64,000 nucleotides of DNA from Mobula hypostoma (taxonomy: Eukaryota). The position numbers and the translations under genes were made by a program. The notes below the pieces were generated by a model. It was not told the origin of the DNA and searched no databases. It saw only the letters and a list, made by a program, of their open reading frames with translations. Location of the stretch: NCBI RefSeq assembly GCF_963921235.1, contig NC_086097.1:221466001-221530000 (forward strand), read 5' to 3'. Below are positions 12,131 to 25,511 of the stretch, in pieces. Numbering within the stretch: position 1 is the stretch's first letter; every line of letters starts with the position of its first letter.

Positions 12131-14204
12131 TTCCAGATGCTTGGGGTAATGAGATAAGAACACGTGCTCACCCAAACATATCTTCAGTCCGTTTTTGTCT
12201 GAATGTGGCTGTGAATTAATGTTGCCTCTAACCCTTCTGGCAGCCTGCAGGTGAACTATCTGGGAGCTAGTGTTCTGCTTGTTCTGGCAGATAGTTATAG
12301 GGCCTGTTGCAAGAGCTGGCACAAACCTATGACAGCCTCCTTATGCACTGCTTCTTTGAGAAGTGCAGGTATGTTGCCCTTGGTACGTGAATTCTAAGAG
12401 AGAAGGGTTCTAATCCCCACCCTCTGGTTTGTGCTCCCTGCAGTCCAATTTTGGGCACTCCTTCCTCCTGGTCTTCCTCAGTTTGAGGGGAACCAGTGAG
12501 AGGGCTAAATGATTAAAAATAAAAGCGCACACTGCTGAAGGTCTCCTTTAAGAGCTAAGAATGTTCTGCAGGCATTATATTTCCTTTCAAAATGTCCAAA
12601 CAGTCAGAGTAGGTTTAAAAAAATAGTGCAGATGCTAGAATCTGGATGAGAAACTTGGGGGAATTGAGCAGTAACTGTGGGGGTGGGGTGGGTGGGGTGG
12701 GGTAGGGAAAGAAGTGGTGTTTAAAATTCCTTCCTCTCCCTCCCCAGAGACACTGTTCATATACTGAGTTCCTCCAGCAGGCTGGTGATTTGAAAAATTT
12801 GCTTTTTTTTAATGTATCATTATTTTAAGTAAGTTTTCCAATACATCAATGTAGCAGAGGATTCTCCTTTAAGAATACTCAAAGATGAATATCCTCCTGA
12901 TATTTAGGATGTGGAAAGTGTTACGGATGTATTCGGGTTCCCATATTGAGCAAACACCTCAACTACATTTTGCTCCTGCCTTTGGCTCTAACCCACTTTG
13001 AGGTAAGTAACTGGTAGCTTTCTCAAGGCTTTCTTGATGTTTGCACTGTGGGCATTAAATAGAAAATTAGTGCAGCTTTTCTGCTGGTAAAATTGATTTT
13101 GACCTCCTACTGTCCCATTCGTGAAGAAAATCATCTGAGAACAATTCCCTTCCGCACCTTCCCAATACATGTACCTTTTATTGGGTATAGATGGAAAACT
13201 GCATTAAAAATGTACGACCAGTCATTAAAAAAGGAGCTTTGGTGAGATTTATCAGTGGACAGTAGTTGAAATATTCCTTTGATTGTTTCTGAAATTAGAG
13301 CTCTGCATTCACTAAATTTATTCATTCTTTTCACAGGTCACATTTCCCAAGCAACAAGAAAGCTTCTATTTAAAAGCTCAAAGGCTTATTCTGAGATCTT
13401 CAAGTGAAATGAAGTTTCACTTATAATTAAGGCTGCAAAGGAATGGAATTGGGTTTAATCTGGTACTGGGATTTTTTTTAAACAGGTCTGATAAAGACTG
13501 TAATTATGTTGATAGCTTGGTGCTAAATTTGTTGTGCAATTATTGAGAACTAAGTACTGCTGTACGATAGAGAAAAATTGTGCTTAATTAAACTCTTGTT
13601 TTTTTTGTGTTAAAGCCGCTAATTGGAAGCTAATCATTCAAAGTTGTAATAACATACTTAAGGAAAAAGCTTACAATGCATGCATGTTTATAAGGATTTG
13701 CAGTTCAATGTGACTGTCTCAAAGGTGTGGTTGAACTGTGGAGAAACCTTTGAGGGGGTAAGGATTAAGTAAAAGAAGGAATGACAACTTGGTATGGAAC
13801 CTTAGAGCTCAAGAGAGTGGTCTGAAAAATATAGGTTGAATACCATTTTTTCAAAAGTGCTGAAGAACAGGAATGGTTATTCATATAATTTTACAATGAA
13901 TAATTATCATAGTCAAACAAGGATCAGAAAACAGGCAAGGACTCTTTTCACCTGTAGCAACAAATAAACTGTGAGAGAAATTCACTGAGTGAGCAGATTG
14001 CAGCAGCTGCAGTCTCTTTGTGTCTCACTCATTTTCTAAATAACATCACCTTCAATCAATAAGGCGATTCCTCAAAAAATTGGCATCTATCAATGAAGAC
14101 CCAGAACATTGTACCAGAACAGGAGCCTGAAGGCACATGCTCAATGTTTCAGGGACAACTTCTTCACATTTGCCATCAAATTTCTGAATGGACAAAGAAT
14201 CAAC

Positions 14205-14485
14205 TTTTATTTATTTAGTGAGATGCAACATGGAGCAGGCCCTTTGGGCCCTTGAGCCATGCTGCCCAGCAATGCCCTGATTTAATCCTAGCTTGATCAT
14301 GGGACAATTTACAATGACTTACCAACAGGTATGTCTTTGTACTGGGAGGAAACCAGAGCACCCAGCGGAAATCCACACAGTCATGGGGAGAAAGTACAAA
14401 CTCTTTACAGACAGCAGCGGGTATTGAACCCGGGTCACTGATACTGCAAAGGGTTGTGCTAACCACTTCACTACCATGCACCAAC
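14205..14485 (-). mobile_element. V-SINE (HE1-like) nested in a plus-strand Rex/Babar-like LINE tail (~14080-14640)
   Basis: Minus strand has a tRNA-like head (agtggttagc...gggttcaatacc) followed by the V-domain ttctccccatgactgtgtggatttccgctgggtgctctggtttcctccca. Confidence 0.8.
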
Positions 14486-15612
14486 TCATGAACCCTTGAA
14501 CACTACCTCACTGTTTTTGCTCTTTTTACACTTATTTAATTTTTTATATATATTTCTTATTGTAAGTTTTAGATTATGTATTGCACTCTATTGTTGCTGC
14601 AAAAAAAATTCACAACCTATCAATGGTATTGAATCTAGAAAATTTTTTAAAATCCATGAGAATTTGTAGCCCAGTAGATTCTCATAAAATTCTTACCAAA
14701 ACATATTTATTTTCGTGATAAATATTACAAATCAACTTATTTCTTATCAAGTACAAGGTGTCTTTCTCCTAGCAGCACTAACTCGACAGGAAATTTGCAG
14801 ATGCAATCATGCAAGAAAATGTCAGGCTTCAGCTGTTTTTTAGATTGTGCACCTGTCTACAGTCATCAGCGCTATCTGCAGACTGCCAACCTTTTCCCAG
14901 CCTCCAAAATCCAATCATCATGCAGCTGGTTTGAACTGTCAGGTTTATGTCCAAGAATTGCTGGTGTCAATCAAGATAAATGATAAACATAACAGATGAA
15001 TCTATCCTATTTATAGTTTTCAATCCGCAGCAAGAAGCAATTGTTCGCAGAACATTCCATTTAACGTGCTGTATTACTCACAAGGCATTGTAGCTAAAAT
15101 GACTAATACAAAATGATCAGCTTTGCCAAAATAAAACCCATCACTAAATTGAATAAGCCTGCATTGAAAAATGACCTGTTAAAAGTTAACTTGTTTGAAC
15201 CCAGCTTTTCAGAACCTTTTTCTTTAAGTCTTATCCTGAGTACCAGCATTTCTGCAGCACATTCCTAGGTGCGTGTCACCTTTTTGCCATCCTCATCCAA
15301 AAGGCCATCACTGAAGTGTGGGCACTATCACAGGCAGTAAGTAACTTTTCTGGTTTCTGGAAGCAATGGAATTGGCCTAATCTTGTCAGTTTTGGATGAA
15401 CGAAGATCTAAAATCTGACAGTAACTGCTTATGAAAAGTTCATTCTAAGATAATCTATCCCATTGCAACTTGATCTTTCCAATAAATGTCATGGAAGACA
15501 AAATATGCAGAAGAATGCATGATTCTCATGGTAAAACTAAATTCAACTGTCCAGAGTACCTAAAGTCAGGTTCAATAAGAGGTTGATGAACCACAACGGG
15601 TCATCAATGGGC

Positions 15613-15741
15613 AAGGGTCTCGGCCCGAAACGTCGACTGTACCTCTTCCTAGAGATGCTGCCTGGCCTGCTGCGTTCACCAGCAACTTCTATGTGTGTTG
15701 CTTGAAATTCCAGCATCTGCAGATTTCCTCGTGTTTGTGTT
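15613..15741 (+). mobile_element. Penelope pLTR 3' fragment, truncated within the hammerhead core
   Basis: Begins aagggtctcggcccgaaacgtcgactgt; near-identical to the reverse complement of 17031-17160 and 41085-41210. Confidence 0.85.
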
Positions 15742-15809
15742 CTGGAATTGTTAGCAAATCAGGGTAAGGATCAGGTGTCAGAGATTCGGCACTGGCAGGC
15801 TTCAAAAGA

Positions 15810-16216
15810 AGGCTACTTGTATTTCAAAGGATCCCACTCATCCTGGACATCACCTGTTTTCCCCTCTACCTTCTGGGAAGAGATACAGAGCATTAAGGAT
15901 GAAAACAAAGAGACTCCTTAACAGCTTCTACCCACAAGCAGTGAAATGTATAACACCCCCTTCCCTTCTCCTGCCCCCCTCCTAAGATGGCGGCAGCTAA
16001 ATGCACCACACTTTCAGGAATGGCAGGTGTGCAGTAGTCCTACCACCGCCCCCTCCCCCCCATCCATATATTATTAATTTTGGACTGCACTCTTGAGGTT
16101 TTAGAGTTTATTTTATGTATATATTCTTTGTCATGCTGCAAAACGTTGAGCTGCTAAACTATGTTTCATTGCTCCACAACAATGACAATAAAGATATTCT
16201 TCTTCTTCTTCTTCTT
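15810..16216 (+). mobile_element. Rex/Babar-like LINE 3' end with (TTC)n tail
   Basis: Translates as KDPTHPGHHLFSPLPSGKRYRA...RLLNSFYPQAV, followed by AATAAA and ttcttcttc repeats. Confidence 0.75.
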
Positions 16217-17024
16217 AGGCATGGCAATAGGTGAGTCAAGAGAATGGGGAATGAGTTTTGTTCGGAGTGGGGTTCTTATTTGAGAAAAGCTTGCCAATTG
16301 TTGTCGGGCTGGTGACAGATAGAAGGCTGACGGTTTACTTTAAGTCACCCTGAAGTGGTCTTTGAGAGCCTACCTCTGCAAGAACAACTCAGATTATGCA
16401 GACCATGTTTGCGTGACCGAAAATGATGGAAATGGTATTTAATCACGCACGAAATACTGCTGGATACTACTGGGTGTGTCAGGATTCCTGCATGAACTGG
16501 TGCACAAAGAGAATTGGAGGGAAGTTTGCATTTAAGCATCCATGCAACTCTATTTCAGGTGTTTGCTCTTTGAGGTATCCACTGCTTTGGCATATGTCTG
16601 CGTTTCAAATTTTGTGGAAAAGAAATATGATCAAATGATAACTGTGATGTTTCTTTGTCTTATTTTTATTTATTTTAGTCAAATATAAATTGGGATTTTT
16701 TTAAAAAAGGACCTGGTCTCAACAGGGGTTTGCAGCTTATTTCAATAAAGCCTCACGGAAATGAGACTGCAGTATCCTGGGTTCTTGTTTGCTCAGTATG
16801 CATGACTAACACAAAGTAAATAAACACCACTGAATCAGTTAAGGGTTCAAATAGTTTACACATCAAAACAAAGGCATAAATTTAATGAGTGAGCAGATTG
16901 AGGATTTCCAAACAAAAGAATACTTGGAAAGGAATACAATTAATGGCTCAGTAACTCAGAATGACGATCAATATTTCTGAACTTTATTCTGTGAATTTGA
17001 ACAAGTAGGCAAATGGTTTTTGTT

Positions 17025-17167
17025 TTTAAAAACGCAAACAACAGGAATTCTGCAGATGCTGGAAATTCAAGCAACACACATCAAACTTGCTGGTGAACGC
17101 AGCAGGCCAGGCAGCATCTCCAGGAAGAGGTACAGTCGACGTTTCAGGCCGAGACCCTTCGTCAGGA
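17025..17167 (-). mobile_element. 143-bp Penelope-derived mini-insertion (hammerhead + pLTR 3' end) with a perfect 15-bp TSD
   Basis: TSD caaatggtttttgtt at 17010-17024 and 17168-17182. Confidence 0.9.
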
Positions 17168-18679
17168 CAAATGGTTTTTGTTGTTGGAAACATTGACCAC
17201 TGACTTCCTTCTGCCACAGGCCCAGTACTCATGTTCAAGCCTTTGGTCATGCCTTGTCCCATGCTACCTTAGATGAACCCGGACGTCAATCTTGCTTGTC
17301 TGGACAGACCAAGAGCAAAGTGATAAGGACCTAGGTAGAGGTAGGGCCTCAAAAGATGTGTTAGAGTGGCATGGTAACCCTTACAGGACCTTCCCATGCT
17401 ACTCCTTTGGAAACCATCGACAGGTGGCAAAGTACTATGAAATTCTTGTATGTCTCAGTTACATAAATATTTCCAAATTAATTAAAATAAAACTAGATAA
17501 AAGAATTTTACAAGCCAATAGTCTTAATTTTCTGCAAATCTCTGCACTGCCCATTTAAAATCATGAGCTTAAAGGTTGCAAGAGCAGATTCCTCAGGACA
17601 AATGGTGCAGAATCTCAGCAAAATCTGGTTCTGCTGCTGAACCCCATGAGACAACCAACAGAGTAATGCCGCTAACAAATTACCAAGAGCTTAGTTGGCA
17701 AGTCTGAGGTCAATAGACAGTAAATGTAGAAATACCAGTAAAATCCAAGTTCATAACCTTCTTAGGACGCCTAATTGAACTCACATATATATACCTACTC
17801 TACCTGGTCTGAGAAGATTATGAATGATTTCTATAAATGCTGGTTTTTCTGATGAAAAGAAAGCTAACAGGATGACTGGGAGGCAGATATCTCTAATTTT
17901 CCAAGCACTGTTCTGCATTTGTTGCAATATTGCTGATTATCAACAAATCAGTTTGATTGGTATTCTTGCTGCCAGCAGCCCTCTTAAGGCTGAGTCACAA
18001 CGGCAAGACACAGTGACATTTTATGGGCAGCAAACAAAACTACTAATTATTCTATTAATTATACTTTTTCTGGACTACAATCAATGCAATCGATAGTTTG
18101 TAGTTTCCCTTTGGGAGCCGTGCTTTTGAAACGTTTGTATGGCCTGGTGTTTTTGCGGTATCAGGAAGGATACAGCAAACTGGACCCTCAAGGGTACAAG
18201 TATGGCCAAGACGGTCATTGCTAAAGTGGACTTGGGACCAGATTGAAACTTGGGTCTGGATTGAAGTGGCAGGGCCTGGGCACGAGCAGAAAATTAACCA
18301 ATATTTAGCCAATTTAAGGACTGAGTCTGATTAAAAAGATCAAAGCAACGAGGCTGAGGGTAAGCAATGAGCCAGTGTTCAGGCCACTACTGAACTTGCA
18401 ACACTGAACTGGCTCCGTGGCTGTGGGCTCACTTTCAAAAATTCTATGGTTCATGTTCTTCGTGTTATATATTTACTTTCTAAATTGTTTGCTCAATTTA
18501 TTTTCAGTGGCCCAATTGAATTGACAGAGGAGGCCCCAGACAGGCAGGGGTGAGGATTTATAAAGTAATGTTCATGGGCTTTCACTTTTACCACCGCCCC
18601 AATAGTATTGCAATTCATTAGCAAGGGCAAATAAAGATAAGGTAGGAACAAGTGGAGCGGCCACTGTAGGACCAGTGTT

Positions 18680-21600
18680 AGATTGGGGAGGCTTTGGTTC
18701 AACAGGCTTAGATGAGAACAGGTTTGGCTTCTTCATTCTTTGTCTTTTAGTGCATAATTAGTGCCATGGGAATGGCTCCAGGGGCTGTGTTGTGTTGTGT
18801 TCTTTGTGTGAGACGTGGGAGTTCTGGGAGACCTCCAGCTCCTCAGAGAATGTGTTAAGGAACTGGGGCTGCATCTTGATAATCTTTGGCTCATTTAGGA
18901 GAATGAGGAGGTAATGGATAGGAGCTACAGAGAGGTAGTTACCTCTAAGTTGCAGGAGGCAGGTGCCTGGGTGACTGCCAGGAGCAGGAAAGGAAATGAG
19001 CAGCCAGTGTGGAGTATCCCTGTGGTGGTTCCCCTCAATAATAACTATACTATTGAAGGGGATGATCTACCAAGGGGGAAATGTAGCAATCAGGTCTCAG
19101 GAACTGAGTCTGGACCGGTGGCTGAGAAGGGAAGGAGTGAGAAGTGGATTGCAGTAATGGTAGGAGATCCCATAATAAGAGGAGTAGACATGAGATTTAG
19201 TGGATGTGAAAGGGACACCCAGACAGTATGTTGCATCCCAGGTGCTAGGGTCAGGGATGTCTCGGATTGGGTCCACAGCATTTTAAAGGGGGAGGGTGAA
19301 CAGCCAGATGTTGTGGTGCATGTAGTTATTAATGATACAAGTAAGAAAAGGGATGAGGTTCTGAAGAGGGAATATAGGGAGTTAGGCACAAAGCTGAAAA
19401 GTAGAACCTCAAGATTAGTAATCTCTGGATTGCTGCCTGTGCCATGTGCCAGTGAACAGAAGAACAGGATGATTTGGCAGATGAATGTGTGGTTGAGGAA
19501 GTGTTGCAGGGGACATGGCTTCAGATTTCTGGATCACCGGTATCTCTTCTGGGGAAGCTACTACCTGTATGAAAGAGAAAGGTTACACCTCAACCCGAGG
19601 GGGACCAATATCCTTGCTGCAGGTTTGCCAGAGCTCTTGGGTAAGGTTTAAATTAAATTGGTAGGAGGATGGAAACTGGACTGATAGGGCTGAGGATAGG
19701 GCAGATGGTATACAAGTTGGTTCAGTGTGTAGTGAGACTATGAGGAAAGACAGGCAGATGATAGGGCCAAACTGCAGTCAGCGGGTTGATCTGCAGTGTA
19801 ACACGGGGGCAAAATCAAAAAGCATGGTGAATACAGGACTCAGTGTGTGATAGTTGAATGCGTGCAGAATACGGAATAAGGGAGATGATCTTGGAATGCA
19901 GTTAGCGATTGACAGGTATAATGTTGTAGGCATCACTGAGCCGGGGCTGAAAGAAGGTCAGAGTTGGGAGCTTAACATCCAAGGATACATATTGTATCAA
20001 AAGGACAGACAGGTAGGTGGAGGAGATGGGGTGGCTCTGTTGGTAAAAAAATGAGATCAAGTCCTTAAAAAGAGGTAACATAGGATCAGACGATTTTGAA
20101 TCCTTGTGGGAAGATTTAAGAAACTGCAAGGGTAAAAAGACCCTGATGGGAATTATATATACAGGCCCCTGAACAGTAGCCAGGATGTGGGCTACAAATT
20201 GTAACAGGAGATAGAAAAGGCACGTCAAAAGGCAATGTTCTGATAGTCATGGGGGATTCCAATATGCAGGTAGATTGGGAAAATCTGGTTGCTGCTGGAT
20301 CGCAAGAGATGGAATTTGAAGAATGGCTATGAGGTGGCTTTTTAGAGCAGCTTGTGGTTGAGCCCACCAGAGGAAAGGCTTTTCTGGATTGGGTGTTGTG
20401 TAATGAACCAGCTACATCCCAAAGAAGAAGATGTACTCTGATACATGCTCAAGGAGATGTGTTTTTTTGTGAGAATGATGTAATGGTCTTTTGGAGGTCA
20501 CCTGATGTGATTTTCCCGCCGATGTGAGGTCATGTGATGACATGTGACCCATGACTATACAAGGGTTGACCCAGGTGACGCAGTGGGTTTTTTGAGTTTG
20601 TAGATTTCCAGGTAGAACGTGCTGTATCTCCGTTTCTGTTGTGTGTTTGTTTTTGGTGATGCAGTTTAATTGTTAAAACGGTTGTGCGTTCTGTTGCAAA
20701 GTACCTTATTATTTAGACTGGAATTTTTAGCTAGATGTATTGATTTACTCAATTCCAACATTAGAAGGGAGAGTGAAGAATTTATCGAAGTGCAAAATCA
20801 AAGGATTGAGAGCAGTCGTTTGGCAGTTTAATAAAGGATCGACTTTATTGAGTCTTCGTTGGAGTAGCAACTTGCATCGAGATAACTCTTGCCAGAAAAA
20901 GCAATGAGTTCATGTACAAAGGTGCTCTCTCTCTCTAAAGGGATTTAAGGTCAGTCGATTTAAACTGTTTATTTTCGGCATCATGAATCCTGTGGACAGA
21001 ACCAGCAGTAAAGTTGCGTCTGTGAAGAAATCCTTCTCCAGAGAAGTCTCTCCCAATTGAACGTGTAAATCTGTTGGACTTTCGAAGTTATCACTTTAAG
21101 AACTATATCTGACTGTATTGCTTTAAGAACTGTTTTCGCATTTAACACTTTAAGAACCAGAGCTGAGTGGCGAGTTGGTGAACGGCTGCATATCTGTTAA
21201 CTTCCAGTTAAAGTTTTCGTTGGTTTTTTTTTCCCTTACCGTTTATCGGTGATTAATAAATGTTTGGTTATTTTTATATAACCCGTCTCGATTGATATTC
21301 ATTGTTACCGGTTACGTAACAACTCTAAAAGGCAGGATGATGACAAGGGAAGTCAAAAACAACATAAAAGCCAAAGACAGGGTACATAATGGAGCAAAAA
21401 TTAGTGGGAAGTTAGAGGATTAGGAAGTTATAAAAAACCAACAAAAGGCAACTAAAAATTCATAAGGAGTGAAAAGATGAAATATGAAGCCACAAAGTTT
21501 GTAAATGAGCCAATAATATCAAAGAGGATACCAAGTTTTTTTTCAGATATACAAAGAGTAAAAGAGAAGTGCTAGTAGATACCAGAGCACAGGAAAATGA

Positions 21601-22830
21601 TGCTGTAGAGGTAGTAATGGGGGCAGATGACCTAAATAAGCATTTTGAATTACTCTTCACTGTGGAAGACACTAGCAGTATGCTGGAAGTTGAAGCATGT
21701 CAAGGGGCAGCAGTGAGTGCAGTTGCTATTACTAGGAAATAGGTGCTTAAGAAGCTGAAAGTTCAGAAGATACATAAGTTACTTCAACCAGATAGATGAC
21801 ACCCCAGGGTTCTTCAGGAGGTGGCTGAAGAAACTGTGGAGGCATTAGTAATGACCTTTCACAAATTACTAGATTCTGACGCGGTTTCAGATGCCTGAAA
21901 AATTGCAAATGTCACTCCACTTTTCAAGAAGGGGGAGGCAGAAGAAAGGAAATTATAGGCTAGTTAGCCTGACCTCAGTGGTTCAGTGATGTTGGAGTCA
22001 ATTATTAAGGACAAGGTCTCAGGGTACTTGGAGACACATGATAAAACAGGCCAAAGTCAGCATAGTTTCCTTAAGGGAATATCTTGCCTGACAAATTTGT
22101 TGGAATTCTGTGAGTAAATAACAAGCATGATTGACAAAGGAGAACCTTGTGAATGTTGACTATTTGGACAAGGTGTTGTGCATGTGTCTGCTGAACAAGA
22201 TAAGAGCCTGTGGTATTACAGGAAAGATACTAGCATGGATAAAGCTTTGGCAGATTGGCAGGAGGCAAATAGTGGGAATAAAGGTTGCATTTTCTGATTG
22301 GCTACTGGTTACTCATGGTATTCCACAGGGGTCTGTGTTAGGACTGCATCCTTTTATGCTATATGCCAACTATTTGGTTGACGGAATTGATGGCTTTTTG
22401 GATGATACGAAGATGGGTGGAGTGATAGGTAGTGCTGAGATAACAGGGAGGCTGTAGAAAGACTTGAACACCTTAGGAGAGTAGGCAAAGAAATGGCAGA
22501 TGGAATACAGTGCCGGGAAGTGTACGGTCATGTAGTTTGACAGAAGGAATGAAAATTCAAAGAGCTGAGGTGCAAAGGGATTTGGGAGTGCTCCTGCAGA
22601 ATTCCCTAAAGGTTAGCTTGCAGGTTGAGCTGGTGGTGATGTAGGTAGATGCAATGGTAATATTCATTGAGGGAGGACTGGAATATAAAAGCAAGGATGC
22701 AATGCTGAGGCTTCATAAGGCATTGATGAAGCCTCACTTGGAGTTTCGTGAGCAGTTTAGGCCCCTTATCTAAGAATGGATGTGTTGACATTGGAGTGGG
22801 TTTGGAGGAGGTTCAGGGAACAATTCTGGG
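18680..22830 (+). mobile_element. Long decayed CR1 LINE: ORF1 with SGNH/GDSL esterase-like domain (18914-19651) and broken ORF2, interrupted by a solo LTR
   Basis: ORF1 reads VMVGDPIIRGVD...CIPGARVRDV...PDVVVHVVIND...LHLNPRG. ORF2 pieces include YNVVGITE...WELNIQGY and GIPQGSVLG; many stops. Confidence 0.92.
20439..21321 (+). mobile_element. Solo LTR (883 bp, family B) inserted in CR1
   Basis: TG...CA termini (tgatacatg ... tacgtaaca); 4-bp TSD actc at 20435-20438 and 21322-21325; AATAAA near 21255. CR1 is contiguous across the insertion. Confidence 0.88.
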
Positions 22831-23199
22831 AATTTCGATTGTATTCAAGAAGGAGTCTCAAGGCTGTATGTGGTATACATACTTCGATAATAAATGTACT
22901 TTGGATTTAAGACTGAACCGATTTGGGGAGCTGACGATTTCAAAGGTAAGGAACTCAGTTTTTTTTTCAATAAAATTGCAAAGACATGCTGTTAGTGATA
23001 TATACGTATAGGCTTGACACTAAATAACTCAGGAGGTAAGCTTGTTCAACAAATGGTCCTGCCAGACAACCCAAATCTAGCACACTGGAGACCTAAGACT
23101 TAAATTGCATGTAGGAAAGAACAATGTTGACAATGCTGATATTTGTTTAGAACTCTGTCACAAACTCTGTTCTCTATCTACTGACTCCATCACTCTATC

Positions 23200-23700
23200 T
23201 AGTTATAATCAGAGGCTGACCTACACCATTTACATCCTGGTGTCCCATTTCAGTGAGAGATCGCTTTCAGCCTCAAAAATTCCTTGGCCATTGCCAAAGC
23301 CTCCAACATTCACCTTTTCAACTCTGTAACATTAGCTCCCTCTGTCTAGGCTTACCTGCTGCTGAATCTCCGCTCACTTGTTTGCTGCCCTTAAATACGT
23401 CTATTTCCATTGCTCATTCCCTTCATTCTGCACTCCACAAACTAAACCCATCTACAGTTTTACTGTTTGGACTCATGCTCACACTAAGTCCCATCATGAA
23501 TCACACCTATTAGCTCACTGTCTTCAGATTCAGCAACACCTAATTGTAAACTCCTCAATCTAGTTTTCAAACTTTTAGATGCCCTACATTTTCTTATCAT
23601 TTTCACCTCCTCCAGGTCTACAAACCCTCAACTGTCTGCACCCCTCCAATTCTGTGCATTTGCTGAGTTTTGATTTTCACTGGTCCTTATACAATAAATG
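23200..23700 (+). mobile_element. Ancient L2-like LINE 3' remnant; a similar minus-strand remnant lies at ~42240-42860
   Basis: Degenerate resemblance to L2 ORF2 C-terminal coding sequence (cacactaagtccc...atcacacct...ctcctcaatctagttttcaa). Confidence 0.45.
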
Positions 23701-25328
23701 ATTTCACCAATCACTATATTTCTTATATTTCTTTACAATTCAGAAGAAGACTACCTGGCTGAACAGGTTAATGCTGGCTCGTTAATACAAGCCCGTCTGT
23801 CTCATTTCCCATCTCTCCTATCCACCTACACTGGGGGGGGGGGCAATATATAGTAGCCGCTTAACCCACAAGAAATCCTTTTCCTCTGAAGGAGGAAACA
23901 AGCTCACCCAGGGGAAACTCTGCATCAACTGCACCTGAGGATTAAAATCTGATCTCTGCAGCACTACCCGCTGCCTTAGCAACTTCACCTCAATCTTCTC
24001 CATCTCATCATTTTAGACATTCTTTTAAAGTTGCGATTTCTCCTCATGTCGCTCAGAATTAAACATTATTTGATCATCCTCTTTTGAAAGGGTGGAGTCA
24101 TTTTATTATGTTAACAGCACACATCATTGACTTTAAAAAAAAACTATCAATATGAAACAATAACTCTGTTTTCTCTCTTTACAGGTGCTATCTGACCTAC
24201 TGAGTATTTCCAGTATTTTCTGTTTTATTTCAAACCTGTAAAATCCTCAGTTTTTTACTTTCAGCTACGCATGCAAATTGACCTTATTATCCTTAAAAGT
24301 TGACTCTTACTGCACTGGCAACTTCTCTACCACTCCCGCACACCTTCAAACCAGCGTTATCATGTTATTTACTTTGGATTCAGTAGAGAAACCAGCTGCA
24401 GTGATGTGTACTGTATAAGCAAACACATTCAAGAGCCATTCAAATATTTTCAATGATGCAGATTAAAATCTGGGGAGAAAATTATTCTTGTCAATAAATT
24501 AATGTGATGCAGGTGACATATTAACGACTGCTCTAGAGCCAGTAAAGTTAATGAAAGTAAAAACTGGAAGCAGTGTGCAATGTGTAACCAGTATTATGGT
24601 TATATCATGTTTTTCATGAACTACTACCCTCATTCATCCTATCATAAAACTATAACCAGAATGTTCCTAATTCTGATCCTGATCTTAGTTGGGGCAAAAG
24701 AAGGGGCATTATCCCTGGCCATATGTTACTAAGCAAACTGCCTGATGTCGTGCTCAGAACACTGATGCAGTGCTACAGATTTCCATCAAAATCCGCTTGT
24801 TTCTCAGGTCTTTTGGACAAGGGAATTGTGTTAATTGGTCTGCTTTGCAACTCTTAACTGCCCTCTAAAATGGTCTCTCAGTTTTATCAAACAACTACAT
24901 AAAATCATTGTAAGAATAATACTGGGTAGACCACCCAGCAAAGTCCCGGGCTGTAAATATGACAAAGGAGTAGACAACATAGACTTTGATGCAAATCTCT
25001 CCCTCGTTAACTTTACTATGTCCACATTTTTATATCCTATATAATATTGTTTTCTTAGAGGTAAATCAATGAGAAATGTAGTTCCATAAGAAGATAAGGT
25101 AATCCTTTCAAAAGAAAGGCAAACATTTGCTCAAAAATCACAGTAGGAATTCAGTAAGAGACCAAACTCATCACGTATAACTCATAACTACTTTGGAATC
25201 ATTTAAAATGTTTTTGCCAAATAGGGATATCCCTAAAATTTATATGTAACCATGAAATAAACTTCCAATGATGACAAACTTTCAATAAAATCTAACATTC
25301 ATCATATTTCTCAATGAGACATTCTTCA

Positions 25329-25511
<183 letters not shown>

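Noticed and set aside
12850..13008. Plus-strand GAG|gtaagt donor suggesting an antisense gene exon
   Set aside because: No convincing acceptor, stops in the frames examined, and no partner exons.
18914..19651. 245-aa esterase-like ORF as a possibly domesticated gene
   Set aside because: It is CR1 ORF1 in its normal position. The catalytic GDS motif is mutated to GDP, GxND to VIND, and the upstream part and ORF2 are broken.
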